Part shown: piece by piece, positions 31,324 through 43,975 of the stretch
How positions within the stretch are numbered: position 1 is the first letter of the stretch
Layout: the number at the start of each line of letters is the position of its first letter
Program-made: the position numbers and the translations under genes
NCBI GenBank assembly: GCA_002269645.1
Contig: NIVC01000596.1
Location: 124,001-188,000 of the forward strand
From: Macrostomum lignano
Lineage: Eukaryota
Length of the DNA: 64,000 bases
Direction of reading: 5' to 3'
Notes under the pieces: model-generated
What the model saw: the letters and a program-made list of their open reading frames with translations, nothing else
Database searches by the model: none
What the model was told of the DNA's origin: nothing

Positions 31324-34300
31324 CTGGACTAAAAAACTGGTTTTGGCGGAGCTGACAGACCGCCCCAGCAGCTCTGACTGATTAGTTTTAGCACTGAAGG
31401 TTGACTGACTGGTCTGTGCGAGAGAGAAGGGTAGGTATGAGTATTAAAATCCTGCCATTGCTAATTCCCAAATCTCACCTGCAAAGCTAAATTGGCGCCA
31501 AAATCTCTCAGTCTCCTGAGAGACTCTTGGTGAATAACGCCTATCGCTTTGTTGGCGCCCCTATCTCCTGGGTTAGCGCCACTGTCGCCTGAATGGGCGC
31601 CCCTGCCTCCTGGGTGGGGCGCCACTGTTTCCTGGGTGGGGCGCCACTCTCCTGGGGGCGCCCCTGTCTCCTGGGTGGGGCGCCCCTATCTCCTGGGTGG
31701 GGCGCCCCTGTTTCCTGGGTGGACGCCTGTCTCCTGGGTGGGGCGCCCCTGTCTCCTGAATGGGCGCCCCTGCCTCCTGGGTGGGGCGCCACTGTCTCCT
31801 AGGTGGGGCGCCACTGTCTCCTGGGTGGGGCGCCACTGTCTCCTAGGTGGGGCGCCACTGTCTCCTGGGTGGGGCGCCCCTATCTCCTGAGTGAGGCGCC
31901 CCTGTTTCCTGGGTGGACGCCTGTCTCCTGGGTGGGGCGCCCTTGTCTCCTGAATGGGGCGCCCCTATCTCCTGGGTGGGGCGCCCCTATCTCCTGGGTG
32001 GGGCGCCACTGTCTCTTGGTGTGCGGGCCCCTAGCCACCCCTGTCTTCTCGGCCGCTGGATGCCACGTTCAAGAGGTGGCGGAAGTTGAGCTCCTGTCCT
32101 TTGTCGAGTTCGGTGTTGCCTCTTTCATTTAGTTTTCTTGAAGAGCGGTCGATGTCGGGAGGGTGGGACGCCTCCTATACTCGCCACTGCATACGCCACT
32201 GACAATGTATAGATGGATAGATAGACTTTTGATTGGATCGCACCTCTCTGTCTGCTCCCTCCTACCTCTGTATGAGTGAGTAGCTATAGAATTTAAATCA
32301 TCCAAAATGAGAACTGGCCTATCGACCATCGCTGTTTGGTGGCCCATTCAGGAACTTATATAAGCATTTACTATACAAGTGCACGAACGCGAGACTGTAT
32401 TGATCGGCTTTCAAAAAGGGTGGGGGTAAATTTTGTAAAACGATCAATAGCTAACCTATAGTTATAGCCAGGGCCTTTGTATAAATCCTTTGTATAAATT
32501 ACCCTTCCAGAGGTTGGTATCTTTTGTATAAATACCCTTTCCAGAGGTAGGTATCTTTTGTATAAATACCCTTCCAGTGGTGGGTATCTTTTGTATAAAT
32601 ACCCTTCCAGTGGTGGGTATCTTTTGTATAAATACCCTTCCAGTGGTGGGTATCTTTTGTATAAATACCCCTCCAGTGGTGGGTATCTTTTGTATAAATA
32701 CCCCCCCAGAGATGCGTATCTTTTGTATGAATATCCTTCCAGTGATGGGTATCCTTTTATAGAAGCACATTTCGAGTTTGACTTTTCATCAAAGTTGCCC
32801 TTCCAGCCAGTCTCTCATGTGAGCTCCATCCCCTCCGCTGTGTATCCATGGTGACAAAGTATTTCCATTAGGGCATTCACGTTCACGCCCTGTGCCGCCG
32901 AGCAAGAGGAAAAAATGCGAACGAGATTGGCCTGACTGATAGCGCGAATGGCGGGCACTTCGCAAACATTCAGCTGCAATTTGAGAGCCTTGGGGTTGGA
33001 TATAAATTTCTCTGCGAAATAAAAAACTGATGCTATCAATACTGTCAATCTTAGAGCCTCTGTGAAGTGTTTGTTGCCTTCATGCAAACAGGACAGACGG
33101 ACATCATATATGCTGCTGAAAATAGTCTGTTTTCACCATTTTCTAAGCTGAGTCATTGCCATTAAAGACGAAAGTCGGCTTGGGTGTTTGATTTTTCTTC
33201 ATATTATCGACTGCGACCAATAAATTAATTCTCTTTATGTCTGAGTGCGGCTCGTTTTTCATGAGGACCCCTGCTCTTTAGCTCCCTGTCCCTCTCTGCC
33301 GCATCTCCCTGTCCCTCTCTCCCTCTCTCCCGCATCTCCCTGTCCCTCTCTGCCGCATCTCCCTGTGCCTCTCTCCCGCATCTCCCTGTGCCTCTCTCCC
33401 GCATCTCCCTGTGCCTCTCTCCCGCATCTCCCTGTCCCTCTCTCCCTCTCTCCCGCATCTCCCTGTCCCTCTCTGCCGCATCTCCCTGTCCCTCTCTCCC
33501 TCTCTCCCGCATCTCCCTGTCCCTCTCTGCCGCATCTCCCTGTCCCTCTCTCCCTCTCTCCCGCATCTCCCTGTCCCTCTCTGCCGCATCTCCCTGTCCC
33601 TCTCTCCCTCTCTCCCGCATCTCCCTGTCCCTCTCTGCCGCATCTCCCTGTCCCTCTCTCCCTCTCTCCCGCATCTCCCTGTCCCTCTCTGCCGCATCTC
33701 CCTGTCCCTCTCTCCCTCTCTCCCGCATCTCCCTGTGCCTCTCTCCCGCATCTCCCTGTCCCTCTCTCCCGCATCTCCCTGTGCCTCTCTCCCGCATCTC
33801 CCTGTGCCTCTCTCCCGCATCTCCCTGTGCCTCTCTCCCGCATCTCCCTGTGCCTCTCTCCCGCATCTCCCTGTGCCTCTCTCCCGCATCTCCCTGTCCC
33901 TCTCTCCCGCATCTCCCTGTGCCTCTCTCCCGCATCTCCCTGTGCCTCTCTCCCGCATCTCCCTGTCCCTCTCTCCCTCTCTGCCGCATCTCCCTGTCCC
34001 TCTCTCCCTCTCTGCCGCATCTCCCTGTCCCTCTCTCCCTCTCTGCCGCATCTCCCTGTGCCTCTCTCCCGCATCTCCCTGTCTCTCTCTCCCTCTCTGC
34101 CGCATCTCCCTGTGCCTCTCTCCCGCATCTCCCTGTGCCTCTCTCCCGCATCTCCCTGTCTCTCTCTCCCTCTCTGCCGCATCTCCCTGTCCCTCTCTCC
34201 CTCTCTCCCGCATCTCCCTGTCTCTCTCTCCCTCTCTGCCGCATCTCCCTGTCCCTCTCTCCCTCTCTGCCGCATGTCCCTGTCCCTCTCTCCCTCTCTG

Positions 34301-36468
34301 CCGCATCTCCCTGTCCCTCTCTCCCTCTCTGCCGCATCTCCCTGTCCCTCTCTCCCTCTCTGCCGCATCTCCCTGTCCCTCTCTCCCTCTCTGCCGCATC
34401 TCCCTGTCCCTCTCTTTCTCTCTGCCGCATCTCCCTGTCCCTCTCTCCCTCTCTGCCGCATCTCCCTGTCCCTCTCTCCCTCTCTGCCGCATCTCCCTGT
34501 CCCTCTCTCCCTCTCTGCCGCATCTCCCTGTCCCTCTCTCCCTCTCTGCCGCATCTCCCTGTCCCTCTCTCCCTCTCTGCCGCATGTCCCTGTCCCTCTC
34601 TCCCTCTCTGCCGCATCTCCCTGTCCCTCTCTCCCTCTCTCCCGCATCTCCCTGTCCCTCTCTCCCGCATCTCCCTGTGCCTCTCTCCCGCATCTCCCTG
34701 TGCCTCTCTGCCGCATCTCCCTGTGCCTCTCTCCCGCATCTCCCTATCCCTCTCTCCCTCTCTGCCGCATCTCCCTGTGCCTCTCTCCCTCTCTCCCGCA
34801 TCTCCCTGTGCCTCTCTCCCGCATCTCCCTGTCCCTCTCTCCCGCATCTCCCTGTGCCTCTCTCCCGCATCTCCCTGTGCCTCTCTCCCGCATCTCCCTG
34901 TGCCTCTCTCCCGCATCTCCCTGTGCCTCTCTCCCGCATCTCCCTGTGCCTCTCTCCCGCATCTCCCTGTCCCTCTCTCCCGCATCTCCCTGTGCCTCTC
35001 TCCCGCATCTCCCTGTGCCTCTCTCCCGCATCTCCCTGTCCCTCTCTCCCTCTCTGCCGCATCTCCCTGTCCCTCTCTCCCTCTCTGCCGCATCTCCCTG
35101 TCCCTCTCTCCCTCTCTGCCGCATCTCCCTGTGCCTCTCTCCCGCATCTCCCTGTCTCTCTCTCCCTCTCTGCCGCATCTCCCTGTGCCTCTCTCCCGCA
35201 TCTCCCTGTGCCTCTCTCCCGCATCTCCCTGTCTCTCTCTCCTCTCTGCCGCATCTCCCTGTCCCTCTCTCCCTCTCTCCCGCATCTCCCTGTCTCTCTC
35301 TCCCTCTCTGCCGCATCTCCCTGTCCCTCTCTCCCTCTCTGCCGCATGTCCCTGTCCCTCTCTCCCTCTCTGCCGCATCTCCCTGTCCCTCTCTCCCTCT
35401 CTGCCGCATCTCCCTGTCCCTCTCTCCCTCTCTGCCGCATCTCCCTGTCCCTCTCTCCCTCTCTGCCGCATCTCCCTGTCCCTCTCTTTCTCTCTGCCGC
35501 ATCTCCCTGTCCCTCTCTCCCTCTCTGCCGCATCTCCCTGTCCCTCTCTCCCTCTCTGCCGCATCTCCCTGTCCCTCTCTCCCTCTCTGCCGCATCTCCC
35601 TGTCCCTCTCTTTCTCTCTGCCGCATCTCCCTGTCCCTCTCTCCCTCTCTGCCGCATCTCCCTGTCCCTCTCTCCCTCTCTGCCGCATCTCCCTGTCCCT
35701 CTCTCCCTCTCTGCCGCATCTCCCTGTCCCTCTCTCCCTCTCTGCCGCATCTCCCTGTCCCTCTCTCCCTCTCTGCCGCATGTCCCTGTCCCTCTCTCCC
35801 TCTCTGCCGCATCTCCCTGTCCCTCTCTCCCTCTCTCCCGCATCTCCCTGTCCCTCTCTCCCGCATCTCCCTGTGCCTCTCTCCCGCATCTCCCTGTGCC
35901 TCTCTGCCGCATCTCCCTGTGCCTCTCTCCCGCATCTCCCTGTCCCTCTCTCCCTCTCTGCCGCATGTCCCTGTCTCTCTCTCCCTCTCTGCCGCATCTC
36001 CCTGTGCCTCTCTCCCGCATCTCCCTGTGCCTCTCTCCCGCATCTCCCTGTCCCTCTCTCCCTCTCTGCCGCATGTCCCTGTCTCTCTCTCCCTCTCTGC
36101 CGCATCTCCCTGTCCCTCTCTCCCTCTCTGCCGCATCTCCCTGTCCCTCTCTCCCTCTCTCCCGCATCTCCCTGTCCCTCTCTACCGCACCATACAGGAT
36201 AGGCCATCAATGTCTAGCCAATTTCATGCCCATGACCCATAGGAGCAGCAATTGACTACTCTGACCGCTATATATGAAAATTTGTCTGATAGTTAGTCAG
36301 AGTTGTGCAGTAAGGATTCTGCAATTAGCTAACTGGTTCCGGATGAAGGGTGAGCAGCAGCAACTCGCCCAACCAGTCTGGCTCTGAGAGATTTGAACCA
36401 TGCGACCGCGGTCACTCCCTCGCCTTCTTCAGCCTCGCTCTCTTCATTTTGCTGTGATTTGCTTGTGA
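31324..36468 (-). CDS. Candidate uncharacterised multi-exon gene
   Basis: Phase-compatible open exons 32039-32174, 31479-31540 and 31324-31413 (acceptor cccttctctctcgcacag, donor CAG|GTGAGA) read ...ELDKGQELNFRHLLNVASSGREDR-GVIHQESLRRLRDFGANLALQ-TSQSTFSAK.... Possible upstream exons are ~32870-33011 and 36334-36468. Most introns between them hold minisatellites, as in the known genes. No recognisable domain. Confidence 0.35.
31550..32012. repeat. 22-bp GC-rich minisatellite (ctcctgggtggggcgcc(a/c)ctgt)
   Basis: About 20 copies. Confidence 0.95.
32500..32760. repeat. 33-bp minisatellite (gtatcttttgtataaatacccttccagtggtgg)
   Basis: About 8 copies. Confidence 0.93.
33285..36182. repeat. Composite CT-rich minisatellite (31-bp and 23-bp units, core ccgcatctccctgt)
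   Basis: 2.9-kb array. The ~950-aa ORFs on both strands are repeat artefacts. Confidence 0.98.
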
Positions 36469-36904
36469 CTGCTCGGAATGAATAAATTGGAAGTTGGAGG
36501 GAAGTCTCTCAATTTTGGGACTCCGATGGGGAAACCTGCGGCAGGACTCTAGGGGGGGGATTGATGGAGAGGAATGTGATTTTTATATTGCTGTGCGCAT
36601 TCTCTGTTATTCATTTCTCAGTTCTCTAATGGAGTTGGGCCAACTCTGCTGATATGTACTCGTACTTGACATTCATCAGGCAGGCATACACATTTATAAT
36701 ATAGAATTCTTTTTATTATCCATGCCAATCACACGTCAGACTGCAAATTTATGATTTTGGAACTCAGGGTTGCCTCAATTTATCGCTGATAAGGTTAAAA
36801 GTACTCTGAAGTAACTAGATATAGTCAGTATAACGTTGGAATAAAATTAGTAAACTGTTTGCTGAGGCATTTCTGATGTCTATTTGTGCTTGTGTGTCTA
36901 TATG

Positions 36905-38935
36905 AGTATTTCCAGTGTCTATATTAGTGTTTCCGGTGTCTATATTAGTGTTTCCGGTGTCTATATTAGTATTTCCGGTGTCTATATTAGTGTTTCCGGT
37001 GTCTACATCCAGTATCTATATTAGTTTGTGCTTCCGGTGTCTATTTTGTCCGGTGAGAGATACGCTTGCACCGTTCCTGTTCGTTCTGGTGCTTGACTGG
37101 GTGCTGCGGACCGCTCTTCCTACCAACGACGACAGCTTTCCGTTGCGGCGACACGTGAGTCGACGTCAACCGGAGAGGCGGCTCAGCGTGCTTGGATACG
37201 CCGACGATCTCGCCCTGCTGTCCTCAACTGTCGAGGCCGCCCGGCGACAACTGGACAAGCTAGTTGCTGTTGCGGCGAGTGTCGGCCTGGTGGACAACAC
37301 GCAGAAGACCGTCGTGCTCTGCGTGCCGGACGACATCGAGGCTGCGATTTTGTGCCGAGGGGCTGATGGACAGGCGAGGAGCTTCCGCGTTGTCAGCAGT
37401 TCGTCTACCTCGGCTGTCTGGTTCCCAATGTCCGCGAGGAGTTGCGGCGTCGCCGCGGGGCTTGCCTGGGCTGCCTTTCGTTCTGTGAGGGCAGTCCTGC
37501 AGTTCGAGGCCTTACCTGACCGCCAGAGGGCGGCATTGTTCCAGGCGGTGATCGTCCTGCCGTACATCGCCAAGACCTGGACGCTGAGGGAGTCGCTCGA
37601 GCAGCAAGTTGACGCGGCGCACGCAGGCCTGCTGCGCGCCGCCTTCAAGATCGGCTACGAGCGAGTGACCAACGCGGCTTTGTATCGCCGCGCCGGCCTG
37701 GTCCGTCCAAGCGACCTGCTGCGCCATCGGCGACTCCAGCTGGCAGGTCATATCATCCGCGCCGAGTTGTACTGCCCAGAGCCGGTGCAGGAGGTGCTGC
37801 TGCTAACGCTGCAGGCACCCTACCGGCGGGGGCAGGCGCGCACTCGGCGTTTCGACGACTGCCTGCTGGCTGACGCCGGCGCCCCGGATTCGGCCGGCGG
37901 CGTGGCGTTCATTCGCGACCTGGCCTTGAAGCGCGCCCTGTGACGCTGACTGCGTATTTTGTTGTTGTTGTTGTTGGTGTCTATTTTAATATGTTTCCAG
38001 TGTCTATATTAGTATTTCCGGTGTCTATATTAGTCTGCGTTTCCGGTGTCTATATTAGTTTGTGCTTCCGGTGTCTATTCTAATGTGCTTCCGGTGTCTA
38101 TATTAGTTTGTATTTCCGGTGTCTATTCTAATGTGCTTCCGGTGTCTATTCTAATGTGCTTCCGGTGTCTATTCTAATGTGTTTCCGGTGCCTATTCTAA
38201 TGTGCGTCCGGAGTCTATTCTAATGTGCTTCCGGTGCCTATTCTAATGTGCTTCCGGTGTCTATTCTAATATGCTTCCGGTATCTATTCTAATATGCTTC
38301 CGGTGTCTATTCTAATGTGCTTCCGGTGTCTATTCTAATGTGCTTCCGGTGTCTATTCTAATGTGCTTCCGGTGTCTATTCTAATGTGCGTCCGGAGTCT
38401 ATTCTAATGTGCTTCCGGTGTCTATTCTAATGTGCTTCCGGTGTTTATTCTAATATGCTTCCGGTATCTATTCTAATGTGCTTGCGGTGTCTATTCTAAT
38501 GTGCTTCCGGTGTCTATTCTAATGTGCTTCCGGTGTCTATTCTAATATGCTTCCGGTGTCTATTCTAATATGCTTCCGGTGTCTATTTTAAGTGCTTCCG
38601 GTGTCTATTCTAATGTGCTTCCGGTGTCTATTCTAATGTGCTTCCGGTGTCTATTCTAATATGCTTCCGGTGTCTATTCTAATGTGCTTCCGGTGTCTAT
38701 TTTAAGTGCTTCCGGTGTCTATTCTAATGTGCTTCCGGTGTCTATTCTAATGTGCTTCCGGTGTCTATTCTAATATGCTTCCGGTGTCTATTCTAATGTG
38801 CTTCCGGTGTCTATTTTAATGTGCTTCCGGTGTCTATTCTAATGTGCTTCCGGTGTCTATTCTAATGTGCTTCCGGTGCCTATTCTAATGTGCTTCTGGT
38901 GTCTATTCTAATATGCTTCCGGTGTCTATTTTAAT
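36905..38935. repeat. 22-23-bp minisatellite (ccggtgtctattctaatgtgctt) interrupted by a LINE
   Basis: Array at 36905-37047 and 37976-38935. Confidence 0.95.
37048..37975 (+). mobile_element. 5'-truncated non-LTR retrotransposon (RTE-like reverse transcriptase fragment)
   Basis: DTLAPFLFVLVLDWVLR...LGYADDLALL RT motifs; (GTT)n 3' tail; 12-bp TSD ggtgtctatttt at 37036-37047 and 37976-37987. Confidence 0.88.
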
Positions 38936-39579
38936 GTGTGGGTGTATTACTCTATTTTAATACATCGTATATCATTACTTCAGTATATTTCGCTGTACCA
39001 GCGCATTGTTAAGCCTGTAGACAGAGAATTCCCACCCTCAAATATTTATCCACTAGACTTCAGGTTTCGCCGCTCTGAGCGTCATAGAAAGAATAATCTG
39101 AAACATCTGCTGCTGCTAATCCCCCAAATATCCCCTTATATAATTAATGCGACGCAAGTCAAGAACGTACAGGCCAGTATAGCTATAATCATCATATTCT
39201 ATAGCTACAATATTAACTGATGGGGGTTAGAGCTGCTCATGAATTATAGCAAAGCTCAAGCTTATACAGCCTGCGACCGATGCATGTAGAGCCTCTGTCT
39301 GGCCAGTTGCAGGTTGCTCAATTCAGCTCAGAATACTGGATTGGCATTAATCAACTTTCATATCCGGCAGCACAATCTCTAAACTCGCGCGGTTTCCCTC
39401 TGGCAGCGTTTGAATCGATCGGCCTGGGATTTGGCTCCGCGGGGCGGCCCGCGTGCCTGCAACGCGGCTGATTAGAAAAGAAGCCATCAGGATTAATGAC
39501 TGGATTACACTGCTCCGGGCTGACTTGGCTCAGTGCCTTCCTCTCCGGCTCTCTCCCATCTTCTCTTTATGCTATGTGA

Positions 39580-40464
<885 letters not shown>

Positions 40465-40961
40465 TGAAGATGGTGGAGGATATCTCGCTTAGCCCAGCTT
40501 CAGATGACGCTCTTTTTTCTGCGCCAGGTGCCATCAAGTCGAAGAAGCGAGGGGGCTGTCACACAGAGTTACTCTTCTCTCTTCCCTCTCTCCCTCCTCT
40601 CTCTCTGCTCTCTCGTCCATTTCTGTCCCAATTCTTTTCTCGGCATACAATCTCTCCACTGCTACTTGCCGTTGCCGCTACAACGATTCACCCTGCACGC
40701 AGTACCGGCTGCAGAGTACACGCCGGAATGCCCTTGGAAGAGAGAGGGAGTGCGGAGCCTGCGAGGCAGATGCAGATTAGCCATTGGGAGCAATAGCTGA
40801 TTGCCTATCGCGGCGCAGCAAAGAGATGCTGAGCACCAATGAGCCCTCGTCTGACTGTTCTGTTGGGGTGTGGGTAACGGGTGTGCCAGCCCCATATAGT
40901 AGCTGGTTAAGTATCAATGGACTTATTATTTTAACTGGGAGCAAAGATTTACACGTTTCAG

Positions 40962-41651
40962 ACGCCTATAGTTGCGCAACAGATGCCAGGCGGTTTCTCC
41001 TTCGGCGGGACAACCGGTGGCGGCGGCGGAGGCGGCGGTGGCGGCGGAAGCTCCCGCCAGCAGCCAACCTACGTGTGGGATCTGTTGCCGTACTCGCGTA
41101 GGGGAGTCGGCTTCGCCTCGGGAATCTCTGGCGGCCGGAGCTGCGGCCAGCAGCAGCAGGACCAGCCGCACCAGCACCAGCAGCAGCCAGACACTGCTAA
41201 CTCATCCGCAAATTCTGGCTTATCACCTGAAGCGTTAGCCCACCAGCAGCAACATCAGCAGCAGCAGCAACAGCAACAACAGCAGCAGCAGCCGCCGCCA
41301 CGTCAGCTAACAGAATCTGAGGTGACGCTCCTGGAGCAGCTCTATAGGCACAAAGTTCGCGAGTCGCACGAACGCTACGAGCTTGTGGCGGCGTTCCGGC
41401 TCCGGTCGGGCCGGGTGCACGCCTATCACGTCTACCGGACCCGGGTGGCGTTTCAGTTGACCGAGCGTCGGAAGAAACTGTTGCGCGACTACTACAGCCA
41501 GGGCTGCCAGGATGTGGCTCTCTACGTTAATCAAGCGGAATTTGAGCACTACATGCCGTTGGGCGGCGCGTTGAAAAAAGCGTCCTCAACAACTACAGAC
41601 AGTCGGGCTAGAGGCTTCAGCGGGATAAAGGCCTTCCTTGGCATTAGCTGA
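40962..41651 (+). CDS. Orphan protein-coding exon (poly-G, poly-Q, then a ~110-aa complex region)
   Basis: 222-aa ORF from ATG 40983 with an in-frame acceptor cacgtttcag| at 40961. GC-rich codon style like the other exons. Non-repetitive C-terminus QLTESEVTLLEQLYRHKVRESHERYELVAAF.... Confidence 0.6.
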   Translation, partial: TPIVAQQMPGGFSFGGTTGGGGGGGGGGGSSRQQPTYVWDLLPYSRRGVGFASGISGGRSCGQQQQDQPHQHQQQPDTANSSANSGLSPEALAHQQQHQQQQQQQQQQQQPPPRQLTESEVTLLEQLYRHKVRESHERYELVAAFRLRSGRVHAYHVYRTRVAFQLTERRKKLLRDYYSQGCQDVALYVNQAEFEHYMPLGGALKKASSTTTDSRARGFSGIKAFLGIS

Positions 41652-42956
41652 GGCTTAAAAATTGAACCCAAGATTGTCTAGCTAAGCTCTCTCGCTATTA
41701 TTGTTGTTGTAATAAGGTGTTTTTAAGTCGCATTTGTTTCTCCTATCCATTAACATACGAATTGTGGCCGCCGGGGCTACACAAGTATACCCTCGATATT
41801 GAATGATTGATTGGCAAGTTAAGAAAGCTATATATATTGGTTTTCAGCTTGTTACTTCTCTTTTTTCCACCCAAGATCGATTTGCTTCACGCAAGCAGAC
41901 TCAGGTGAGGACCAATACTGCGAGGGGGAGAGGGGGCTCCTCTCCATCTCAATAAACTGCCTGATATTACAAGTGACGCGACGTCTGCTCCAGACAGCTG
42001 AGATATTAACATGCGCGTACTTAACTCCCATATCTAGCCATATATATCAGATTTATATTTACTTGCTTTGGCAAAGTTAATAGTTTACAAATCAAGTCAT
42101 AAGAACGCTGAATTCGAAATTCGTGCAAATTGCAAGCTAAATTCCGGCGATATTCCTGCTGTTACTGTCTCTGTGGTGTGATTTGAGAGAGAAAATGTTG
42201 GAGGATATGAGAGATGAGAGGTGAGAGGCGAAAGGCAAGATGAGAGAGAAGATAAGAGGAGATAAGAGAGGAGAGGAGAGAAAAGAGTTAAGAGGGGAGA
42301 GAGGAGAGAACTGAGAAGAGAGATGAGAAGAGACACAAACTCTGAGCGGGCCGGATTGCTATTGTGAGAAGTTTCAAAGGACCCGAGTGCCGGAGGTACC
42401 GACGTCTGCGAGTCTGGACCATAGATCTTACAGTATATATGATCTTTGGTCTAGACGGACTTTTTTCTACCGAATTTGTCTATGGCCAAAAACCCATTCA
42501 GCGCTGTGCAAAAAGGAAAGTGCTTGCGAAATTCATTTAAAAATCACAACTGTATTGTGAGTGTTGCCGTTCTCTCATGACAGTACTTTTTCAAGCTATT
42601 TTTTTTATAAACTTATTGTGAGTGCCCTTGGACGAACCCTCGGACGGATTCAGGTTGGTTGGTTTGTCGGAAGATAAATACAAAACGCAGTTCGATCGTC
42701 TCTTTTTACCCTTAAGCCATTGGAGCACCAGCAGTGCGTTACTACATGTACTGCTGCAACTGAGCAACTGAAGTTGGTTCTTATAATTGATTCCTAATTC
42801 CTTAATTCAGTGTCAGATGTAAATGCACAGATTAGGAGATTATAGGGGATGAAGTTTTTCATTTTATCTGGAGTAAAAGATTTCCTTGAGAGCAGAGTCC
42901 ATCCGACCGCAATCTTGCAAGACTACATTTGAGTTTTTATGCAAAATTGTACTCTA

Positions 42957-43735
42957 GCTGGGTGTTGCAAAAAAACTTGACACTTTAGACTTTCACAATA
43001 CTCGTACGTCATGTCACGTGTTGCTTAATAAGTTCGCGAAAGATTTAACTTCCTTTTATGCAAATAAAAGATTTTATGTGCTTCTTTCAGTAGATATTGA
43101 AATCTTTCATGTCAGTTTTCAGCCTCTTTGACTAAAATGCTACGACGCAGTGGTCGAAAAAGTGATACGACTGCAGACCCTGCCCTGCGATTGACAGAGC
43201 GCGACAGACGAGTCACAATTCTTGTTCAATTTCGACTTGGCCAATCTGCCTCTGAGTGCGTGCAGATGCTTCAAAAAGCATTGGGTGATGAAGCCCCATC
43301 CCAGACAATGGTGTACAAGTAGTTTGGCCGATTTCGTTCTGGCTGCCTGGAGCTAGACGACGACGAACTCGAAGGCCGTCCGAATTTGGCCAAGTGGCCA
43401 GTGTCCGAAGACTGCTCGATGAAGATGCTCATGAACTTCATGCTTAACAAATTTGATGCAGGGGCTTCAAAATTGGTAAACAATATCCTGACAGGGGATG
43501 AAACTTGGGTTTACTTTTATGACCCAGAGACGAAATCCCAGTGGATTGGAAGAAGAGGATGCCCCAATCAGATTCCTACGCGAGAGAAGTGTCGGCAAGG
43601 TCATGACAGCAGTCTTCTTCCGGCGGTGTGGCATCCTGCCACCCACTCTACTCGAGGAAGGTGCCACAGTGACTGGTCACTGGTACTCAAGTGTCTGCTT
43701 GCCCCAGGCGCTCAAGAAAATTGCTGAACAGCTTG
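42957..43735 (+). mobile_element. Degenerate mariner transposase remnant
   Basis: HTH-like LGQSASECVQMLQKALGDEAPSQTMVYK*FGRFRSG...EGRP and catalytic ILTGDETWVYFYDPETK; has an internal stop and deletions. Confidence 0.8.
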
Positions 43736-43975
43736 AAGAGTTTTGGAGATCGAATCTTGATTTTCTCGGATGAAAAGAATTTTACCGTGGACCCAGTGGT
43801 TGCTTGGTGTTCTTGGTCAGTCATGATATGCTTGGTGTTGTGGCCTCATAATGGTGCCGGATTCTGCCGCCTGTGTGCATGGTTTGCGCAGGGCTATCGC
43901 CTCAACGTACAAGACTGCTCTACAGGAAACTACTTCCGTGGGTCACCATGCAGGATCACAGCTGGTAAGCCTTAC

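Noticed and set aside
33225-36255. 940-985-aa ORFs on both strands
   Set aside because: Translations of a CT-rich minisatellite that lacks stops in most frames.
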